From a virus (taxonomy: Duplodnaviria > Heunggongvirae > Uroviricota > Caudoviricetes): a stretch of 4,476 nt of DNA. The notes beneath the pieces are model-generated. The model saw nothing but the letters and a program-made list of their open reading frames with translations. It did not search any database and was not told the DNA's origin. The position numbers and the translations under genes are program-made. The first letter of the stretch is position 1. Each line of letters opens with the position of its first letter. Below, piece by piece: positions 1-4,476 of the stretch. The stretch lies in the IMG/VR virus record IMGVR_UViG_2778261151_000012, positions 1-4,476 of that record. One strand, 5' to 3'.

Positions 1-74
1 AATGGGGCGGTTACATGTGGCGGGGTCAGTCGGCGGATGCGTTCCAGAACGCCGCCTGTCGCAATATTTTTCAT
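1..74 (-). CDS. ydaV: 5' end (24 codons) of a replication-protein gene in the lambda-P / DnaC-like position (YdaV-like); runs off the window
   Basis: ATG at 74..72 on minus strand, GGGGG Shine-Dalgarno about 9 nt upstream, 6 nt after the ydaU stop. Frame is open to the window edge; translation MKNIATGGVLERIRRLTPPHVTAP. Assignment rests on synteny and my recollection of the Rac YdaV N-terminus. Confidence 0.5.
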   Translation of the reverse strand, partial: MKNIATGGVLERIRRLTPPHVTAP

Positions 75-80
75 GGTTCG

Positions 81-938
81 TTACCCCCTGAAGCCTGGCG
101 GGATCGCACTGTCCGGCAACGAGACGGTGTTAACCTGTCTGAGCAACGTCTCAGGCCGAACACCTTTCGGCGCGAACAAGCCCTGGTATTCATTGGCGAT
201 GCTATGTCGAATCACCTGCTCAGGGGTAAAACCCTGCTGGCGGAATTTTTCCAGTTCCCGTATCGCCCCGTTAGCGCCCTGCTCCGTTCGAATCGGTTTA
301 CGCAATGCCTGGCGAAATTCAACCCACTCACGCCAAAGCGAGACAGAAATCCAGTTCGGCAAAACAATATCCAGAGGGTCAAACTTTTTGACACCTCGAT
401 TCCCCCGGGGGGGATTTAGGGGGGGATCTGTTTTTAGATCTTTATCTGTATCTTTATTAGTTGCCTTTGTGTTGGCATCATGTTCAAACACCACTTCAAC
501 ATCTGTTTGAACACCTGTTAAATTTCTCTCTTGTTTTGTTTGAACATCTGCTTCCTTTCTGCTTCTTCTGGCCTGAACAGATGCTTTTCCTGCGGCTGAT
601 TTTTTGGTTAATTTTTCCCTGACTGATGCCAGATCTTCCTCAATCCGAAGATGCACCCATTCCTCGCCGTTATCGCAAAAAAACTCCCGCAAGGATGGTT
701 CAACATCAGCCCATCGCTCGTTAGTCAGACGGGCAATTTTTGCCAGCCTGTTTTTGGGTATTGGCTTTCCTGTTTGCCAGTAATTGAACATCAGCAACAA
801 ATACGCACCGTGCTCCTCTGCTGACAAATGCATGGTGTCAGCCAGGTAATCAGCTATGTACAGTTGCATGTATGGTAATGCGGCCATAATTGCCCCGTAT
901 GATGCTGCCCGGTTGCTTAGAATAAGCACAAACAGCAT
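81..938 (-). CDS. ydaU: Replication initiation protein, lambda-O-position (DUF1376-type N-terminal domain, charged low-complexity linker, C-terminal domain), 285 aa
   Basis: Complete 285-aa ORF. N-terminus MAALPYMQLYIADYLADTMHLSAEEHGAYLLLMFNYWQTGKPIP is typical of the DUF1376 family. Length and position match what I recall for Rac YdaU. Stop TAA at 81-83 (complement). Confidence 0.85.
   Translation of the reverse strand: MLFVLILSNRAASYGAIMAALPYMQLYIADYLADTMHLSAEEHGAYLLLMFNYWQTGKPIPKNRLAKIARLTNERWADVEPSLREFFCDNGEEWVHLRIEEDLASVREKLTKKSAAGKASVQARRSRKEADVQTKQERNLTGVQTDVEVVFEHDANTKATNKDTDKDLKTDPPLNPPRGNRGVKKFDPLDIVLPNWISVSLWREWVEFRQALRKPIRTEQGANGAIRELEKFRQQGFTPEQVIRHSIANEYQGLFAPKGVRPETLLRQVNTVSLPDSAIPPGFRG
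481..583. repeat. Iteron-like repeat cluster inside the ydaU linker-coding region (candidate replication origin)
   Basis: TGTTCAAACA (481-490), CATCTGTTTGAACA (500-513), TGTTTGAACATCTG (537-550), CTGAACAGATG (573-583). Adjacent AT-rich segment 429-470 with two GATC sites (425-428, 437-440), then C5G7 / G7 tracts at 402-425. Confidence 0.5.
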
Positions 939-950
939 GAAAACTTTTGC

Positions 951-1373
951 TTAATGAACAATGATAGAATCGTCGGAAGACCCGCCACCGCTGAAATGCG
1001 CTTTCCGGTAAACGGCCTGGACTGCATCATCATGCGCATCAATTGCCGTACTTAACGCTTCCTGCGCCGCCAGTAATGCACGGCGTTCCAAGGTATCGAA
1101 GATGCAGAGTCGGTGACGCAGCTCGCGCGGAAGGATTGCCAGAATTGCTGGGATCAGCTTCTGAATTTTTTCTCTTTGCGTTTTCGTTTCACCTTTCAAC
1201 CAACGGTGATAGATATTCTGCTGATTATTCCAGTCCTTGCCTGGAACCAGGGGCAATTCGCCGCCCCCCTGGCGCAGATATTCTTCAGTAATTGCATTGG
1301 CTACCCATGCCTGCCCTTTTTCGGCTGCCAGGGCAAACAACACTGATTCGATGTGCTCATGCTTGATTTTCAT
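951..1373 (-). CDS. ydaT: YdaT-family protein (CII-like regulator / toxic protein of Rac-type prophages), 140 aa
   Basis: Complete ORF beginning MKIKHEHIESVLFALAAEKGQAWVANAITEEY. AAGAGG Shine-Dalgarno about 9 nt upstream. Starts 22 nt downstream of the ydaS stop, operon-like. Length matches recalled Rac YdaT. Confidence 0.9.
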   Translation of the reverse strand: MKIKHEHIESVLFALAAEKGQAWVANAITEEYLRQGGGELPLVPGKDWNNQQNIYHRWLKGETKTQREKIQKLIPAILAILPRELRHRLCIFDTLERRALLAAQEALSTAIDAHDDAVQAVYRKAHFSGGGSSDDSIIVH

Positions 1374-1395
1374 GAATCATTTGCCTCTTGATGTT

Positions 1396-1692
1396 TCAGG
1401 TATGATCAAATGAGGATTTGTTACTGTCATTTAGTTGCTTCACTGACATATTCTGCGAACAACATGCCGAACGTCGTAAATATGACCAGTCAATATCAGG
1501 ACGAAGTTCTTCGCACAGAACCTCACCTCTTGTTGCACGTTCAATTGCTGGACATCTCTCGGCAGGCAATTGACGTACCCCTTTGATCCATTGATTTACG
1601 CTTGGAGGTGATACACCTAAAAGCCTAGCCATTGCTGATTGCCCACCGACAACAGCACAAGCTTGCTTGAATGAATAGTTCTCTTTTTTCAT
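1396..1692 (-). CDS. ydaS: Cro-like HTH regulator YdaS, 98 aa
   Basis: Complete ORF MKKENYSFKQACAVVGGQSAMARLLGVSPPSVNQWIKG with a clear helix-turn-helix (QSAMARLLGVSPPSVNQW). GGAG Shine-Dalgarno 8 nt upstream. Divergent from racR across the operator region. Confidence 0.9.
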   Translation of the reverse strand: MKKENYSFKQACAVVGGQSAMARLLGVSPPSVNQWIKGVRQLPAERCPAIERATRGEVLCEELRPDIDWSYLRRSACCSQNMSVKQLNDSNKSSFDHT

Positions 1693-1720
1693 CGAATGAA
1701 CTCCAAAAACACACAGAAAT

Positions 1721-1788
1721 ATTAGGCGACGCCTAATATAAATGTCAATAGGCTATGCCTAATGCGGCAAGGGTAGGTATTGCCTAAT
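1721..1788. promoter_or_regulatory. Divergent immunity operator region (OR-like): three 17-bp palindromic sites plus promoter elements for ydaS and racR
   Basis: Sites ATTAGGCgaCGCCTAAT (1721-1737), AATAGGCtatGCCTAAT (1747-1763) and GGTAGGTattGCCTAAT (1772-1788), centres 25-26 bp apart. Minus-strand -35 TTGACA (complement of 1743-1748) with a TAATAT-like -10 about 18 bp downstream, directed at ydaS. Confidence 0.6.
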
Positions 1789-1815
1789 GCAATGAGCATA
1801 GGAGAATATTAAGCA

Positions 1816-2292
1816 ATGCTTAGTGGTAAAGACTTAGGCCGAGCGATAGAGCAGGCCATTAACAAAAAAATCGCATCGGGATCCGTCAAATCAAAGGCGG
1901 AGGTCGCACGCCACTTCAAAGTCCAACCACCATCAATTTATGACTGGATTAAGAAAGGCTCTATAAGTAAAGATAAACTTCCAGAATTATGGCGTTTCTT
2001 TTCTGATGTTGTTGGTCCAGAGCATTGGGGGCTTAACGAATACCCCATACCAACCCCCACCAATTCAGATACAAAAAGTGAACTTTTAGATATAAACAAC
2101 CTTTATCAAGCAGCCTCTGATGAAATAAGAGCGATTGTAGCTTTCCTGTTATCTGGAAATGCTACAGAACCAGATTGGGTTGACCACGATGTTCGCGCCT
2201 ATATAGCAGCGATGGAAATGAAAGTGGGTAAGTATCTGAAAGCTCTAGAATCTGAACGGAAAAGCCAGAACATCACAAAAACTGGAACTTAA
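1816..2292 (+). CDS. racR: CI-like prophage repressor RacR, 158 aa
   Basis: Complete ORF MLSGKDLGRAIEQAINKKIASGSVKSKAEVARHFKVQPPSIYDWIKKG with an N-terminal HTH. GGAG 11 nt upstream. Divergent from the cro-like ydaS. Length matches recalled K-12 RacR. Confidence 0.9.
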   Translation: MLSGKDLGRAIEQAINKKIASGSVKSKAEVARHFKVQPPSIYDWIKKGSISKDKLPELWRFFSDVVGPEHWGLNEYPIPTPTNSDTKSELLDINNLYQAASDEIRAIVAFLLSGNATEPDWVDHDVRAYIAAMEMKVGKYLKALESERKSQNITKTGT

Positions 2293-2305
2293 ACTTATAT
2301 GGTCT

Positions 2306-2333
2306 GACGGAAAACTCCTGGATTCCGTTATTT
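2306..2333 (+). terminator. Weak hairpin plus T-rich tail after racR (possible intrinsic terminator)
   Basis: Stem ACGGAA (2307-2312) / TTCCGT (2323-2328) with a 10-nt loop, followed by TATTT. AT-rich stem, so weak. Confidence 0.3.
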
Positions 2334-2386
2334 AACCCCCCATCACTTTCTGCTGTCGCCATCACCTATTAGGTTACGCTCAAAAC

Positions 2387-2430
2387 ATTAGGCATAGCCT
2401 ATTGACAATCAATTAGGCATTACCTATAGT
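2387..2430 (+). promoter_or_regulatory. Strong sigma70-type promoter overlapped by operator-like sites (PL-like early-left promoter)
   Basis: -35 TTGACA (2402-2407), 17-bp spacer, -10 TATAGT (2425-2430). Operator-like ATTAGGCataGCCTATT (2387-2403) overlaps the -35 and TAGGCattACCTA (2414-2426) overlaps the spacer/-10. A related ACCTATTAGGT lies at 2364-2374. Confidence 0.6.
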
Positions 2431-2599
2431 TCCAGCATACCACCCACCCCGCCCCACAGAACGCAGGGCAATACTTCGAGTTACCAGGCAGTGGTCAGGG
2501 GTTAAGTAGCCAGCCCGAGGCGTATGAACATGACGGCGGGATTCAAATTTTGCAGTGCAGCAGTTAGTTCCGCCACCCGGCGTTAAGGGGAGAGATAAG

Positions 2600-2734
2600 A
2601 TGGTGCATTACGAAGTAGTTCAGTATTTGATGGATTGTTGCGGTATCACTTACAACCAGGCTGTGCAGGCTTTACGCAGCAACGACTGGGATCTCTGGCA
2701 GGCAGAAGTCGCTATACGTAGCAACAAGATGTGA
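2600..2734 (+). CDS. ydaG: Small protein YdaG, 44 aa
   Basis: ATG 2600 with GGGGAGAG Shine-Dalgarno (2587-2594). Translation MVHYEVVQYLMDCCGITYNQAVQALRSNDWDLWQAEVAIRSNKM, stop TGA 2732-2734. Below the ORF-track length cutoff; found by manual translation. Confidence 0.75.
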   Translation: MVHYEVVQYLMDCCGITYNQAVQALRSNDWDLWQAEVAIRSNKM

Positions 2735-2744
2735 GATTCGCAAA

Positions 2745-2900
2745 ATGCAAAAAATCGACCTCGGCAACAACGAATCCCTGGTGTGCGGCGTGTTCCCCAA
2801 CCAGGATGGAACGTTCACTGCCATGACGTATACCAAAAGCAAAACATTTAAAACCGAAACTGGTGCGCGCCGATGGTTGGAGAAGCACACAGTAAGCTAA
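2745..2900 (+). CDS. ydaF: Small protein YdaF (DUF1391-like), 51 aa
   Basis: ATG 2745, 10 nt after the ydaG stop. Translation MQKIDLGNNESLVCGVFPNQDGTFTAMTYTKSKTFKTETGARRWLEKHTVS, stop TAA 2898-2900. Found by manual translation. Confidence 0.75.
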   Translation: MQKIDLGNNESLVCGVFPNQDGTFTAMTYTKSKTFKTETGARRWLEKHTVS

Positions 2901-3385
2901 CGATTAAAACGTCTACTCCTGCTGTTCCAGAATAACTTCATAAAATGGGAGTATTTTTCGGTGACGAGATAATAAGAACAGTTTGCGCTATCACTCTGAT
3001 GTTGAATGATGCCCTTCCGTTCTAATTTTTTCATAACCGGGTTACGGCAAGGAGAAGTGATAATAAGATTTCCTGTTTTAAGGAAATCTTTAAATACAGC
3101 GATTTCTTTCTCAGATAAACGAAGCAATACTCGTTGCTCTGGTAGTAATGAATAATGCTTTTGAATATGTGCTCGCAATCTTGAGAAGGAAATGGCGACC
3201 ACGAAAGAAAAGGCAAAAACGATAATCTGAAAGAGCCAAGGTATTTCAGTATAAGCATTGAATGCGACAGTAAACTCTTTCGGTATCAGCCAGAGAGTGA
3301 GACCAAAAATGATAATCGTATACATAAGTCTTTCGAGTGGCTCGTTAGCAAAAAGTTTCAACAATGGAGTAAATACATCCAACAT
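2897..3385 (-). CDS. sieB: Superinfection exclusion protein B (membrane protein), 162 aa
   Basis: Translation MLDVFTPLLKLFANEPLERLMYTIIIFGLTLWLIPKEF... with hydrophobic segments. Start chosen at ATG 3385..3383 to give 162 aa, matching recalled SieB. The containing ORF extends in-frame upstream to 3508. Confidence 0.85.
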   Translation of the reverse strand: MLDVFTPLLKLFANEPLERLMYTIIIFGLTLWLIPKEFTVAFNAYTEIPWLFQIIVFAFSFVVAISFSRLRAHIQKHYSLLPEQRVLLRLSEKEIAVFKDFLKTGNLIITSPCRNPVMKKLERKGIIQHQSDSANCSYYLVTEKYSHFMKLFWNSRSRRFNR

Positions 3386-3608
3386 ATCAATAACTCTCAA
3401 CTGTAAGGGTATTGAAATGTTAACACAAGCTCTCGCTGTAGGGGTATAGCCGAGACCACCGAAGCCCGGAGGTGGTGAAATAAAACCGGGCACAACACGA
3501 AGGCGCATTTCCGATATCCATAAAGAGTCGGTCTTGTCTGTTAAATTTAAATGGTGGGAGTGCGCCTCCGGTTGTAAATAACGACATTGCTGTGTGAAGT
3601 ACCAGTTG

Positions 3609-3648
3609 GCGGCATCGGTTTAATTGCTGGCTGATGTCCGCCCTTTTT
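3609..3648 (+). terminator. Terminator-like hairpin followed by T5 on the plus strand
   Basis: GGCGGCATC (3609-3617) pairs with GATGtCCGCC (3634-3643, one bulge) around a 16-nt loop, followed by CTTTTTAA. Confidence 0.3.
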
Positions 3649-3649
3649 A

Positions 3650-3804
3650 AAGTGAATTTTGTGATGCGGTGAATGCGGCTAAGCGCACGCGGCACAGTTA
3701 AAAGTCATGTTAGTCCTTATTGGTTTGGGTGGGAAAGCCGACTGTAATTGTTAACTGGTTAACGTCACCTGGAGGCACCAGGCACCGCATCACAAAATTC
3801 ACTT
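3650..3804. repeat. Perfect 22-bp inverted repeat flanking a 111-bp spacer
   Basis: AAGTGAATTTTGTGATGCGGTG (3650-3671) is the exact reverse complement of CACCGCATCACAAAATTCACTT (3783-3804). Spacer contains GTTAAC-tg-GTTAAC (3750-3763), hairpin CCTGG-aggca-CCAGG (3768-3782) and tandem AGGCACC x2 (3773-3786). Confidence 0.9.
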
Positions 3805-3931
3805 CGGTGATGAAAGGAAAGAGAAAATGTTGAATGTAGCTATTGAAAACCAGAACGGGTGGAATTATAGTGCACCTGCACCTCATAAAACGGGTGCCGG
3901 GATTAGCACCCCGAAAGTTACTCGAGCGCAT

Positions 3932-3954
3932 AACCGCGCTGAAGCGGTTTTTTT
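3932..3954 (+). terminator. Intrinsic-terminator-like hairpin plus T7 tract upstream of the Rha-family gene
   Basis: Stem AACCGC (3932-3937) / GCGGTT (3944-3949), 6-nt loop GCTGAA, run of seven T (3948-3954). Oriented for the plus strand. Confidence 0.35.
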
Positions 3955-4120
3955 ATGCGTAATGCACAGCCACATTCAAATTATGGTGAGGCGTGCGGGG
4001 CAGCCGCAAGGCTGGCCGGGTTCTCGAGTGACCGGTAGTGCTAACCCTGTGCGTCTCACCACCCATGAGATTAGCACCTCTGCTGGTGAGTTAATTAACT
4101 TATCACTTGAGGATGTCATT

Positions 4121-4476
4121 ATGGCTACTACCCTTTCTCACCCTGACGTAACCATCGAAAATGGTCGCGCCGTCACTACTTCTATTTCGATTGCTGAGTT
4201 TTTTGGCAAGCAGCATCACCATGTTGTTCAAAAAATAGAATCCCTCGAATGTTCTGAACTATTTTTAACCAGCAACTTTTCGCGGGTTAAATTCGAACAC
4301 CGCGGCAATTCTTATAACGCCTACCAAATCACCAAAAACGGCTTCGTTTTCCTGGTGATGGGCTTCACGGGCAAAAAAGCCGCCACATTCAAGGAAGCCT
4401 ACATTGCTGAGTTCGACCGCATGGAGGCCGAACTGCGCCAGAATAACACCCCACCTGCTGACAAGATGATTCCGGG
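4121..4476 (+). CDS. Phage regulatory protein Rha family (N-terminal Rha domain); 3' end beyond window
   Basis: ATG 4121 with GAGGA Shine-Dalgarno (4109-4113) 7 nt upstream. Translation MATTLSHPDVTIENGRAVTTSISIAEFFGKQHHHVVQKIESL...YQITKNGFVFLVMGFTGKKAATFKEAYIAEFDRMEAEL matches the Rha-domain signature. Frame is open to the window end. An in-frame upstream ATG at 3827 is an alternative start. Confidence 0.8.
   Translation, partial: MATTLSHPDVTIENGRAVTTSISIAEFFGKQHHHVVQKIESLECSELFLTSNFSRVKFEHRGNSYNAYQITKNGFVFLVMGFTGKKAATFKEAYIAEFDRMEAELRQNNTPPADKMIP

Noticed and set aside
15-510. Plus-strand ORFs 15-419 and 37-510, and minus-strand ORF 212-394, overlapping ydaU
   Set aside because: They lie antisense to or embedded in the well-supported ydaU gene, with no ribosome-binding sites or recognisable motifs; shadow ORFs.
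1043-1346. Plus-strand ORFs 1043-1291 and 1113-1346 antisense to ydaT
   Set aside because: Shadow ORFs opposite a confidently identified gene.
2672-2890. 72-aa minus-strand ORF antisense to ydaG/ydaF
   Set aside because: It overlaps two small genes that have proper Shine-Dalgarno sites and operon context; no start signals of its own.
3031-3449. ORFs 3031-3258 (-) and 3258-3449 (+) inside or opposite sieB
   Set aside because: Alternative-frame or antisense ORFs within sieB; low-complexity translations.
3386-3508. In-frame N-terminal extension of sieB (41 extra codons, MRLRVVPGFISPPPGFGG...)
   Set aside because: The extension is proline/glycine-rich without membrane-protein character, and the 162-aa start at 3385 matches the expected SieB length. 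The extension region also contains hairpins (ACCACC/GGTGGT 3456-3477) more consistent with 5' untranslated or promoter sequence.
3420-3695. 91-aa minus-strand ORF overlapping the sieB upstream region and inverted-repeat arm A
   Set aside because: No ribosome-binding site, no recognisable domain, and it overlaps the long sieB frame in another reading frame; most likely a chance ORF.
3650-3804. Retron msr/msd or miniature transposable element as an explanation for the 22-bp inverted repeat
   Set aside because: No reverse-transcriptase gene follows (the downstream gene is Rha-family), no target-site duplication flanks the repeat, and there is no transposase; the 111-bp spacer is short for a retron ncRNA.
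3710-3931. 73-aa minus-strand ORF (MRSSNFRGANPGTRFMRCRC...) that happens to have the same length as Rac KilR
   Set aside because: No Shine-Dalgarno upstream, several rare codons (AGG, ATA, CGG), odd Cys/Phe-rich composition, and it overlaps the terminator-like hairpin and inverted-repeat arm B. It is co-directional with sieB, whereas I recall kilR being divergent from sieB. I cannot exclude it without a database comparison, so it is left unannotated.
1-4476. CRISPR arrays, tRNA/rRNA genes, insertion sequences
   Set aside because: No regularly spaced direct repeats, no tRNA-like cloverleaf candidates and no transposase-like ORFs were seen.

Overview
This window looks like the immunity and replication core of a Rac-type lambdoid prophage from an Escherichia-like genome. 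Left to right: the 5' end of a ydaV-like replication gene (-), ydaU (-), ydaT (-), ydaS (-), a divergent operator/promoter region, racR (+), a second operator-overlapped strong promoter, ydaG (+), ydaF (+), sieB (-, convergent with ydaF), a ~735-bp region with no convincing conventional gene, and the 5' part of a Rha-family regulator gene (+) that runs off the window. Gene identities come from reading the translations and from protein lengths that match what I recall for E. coli K-12 Rac; no database search was possible. The most interesting stretch is 3386-4120: it carries a perfect 22-bp inverted repeat, two terminator-like hairpins and an in-frame open extension upstream of the Rha gene. 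I also flag iteron-like repeats inside ydaU as a probable replication origin, and two sets of operator-like palindromes sharing a TAGGC-N3-GCCTA core. I found no CRISPR array, tRNA/rRNA or transposase.
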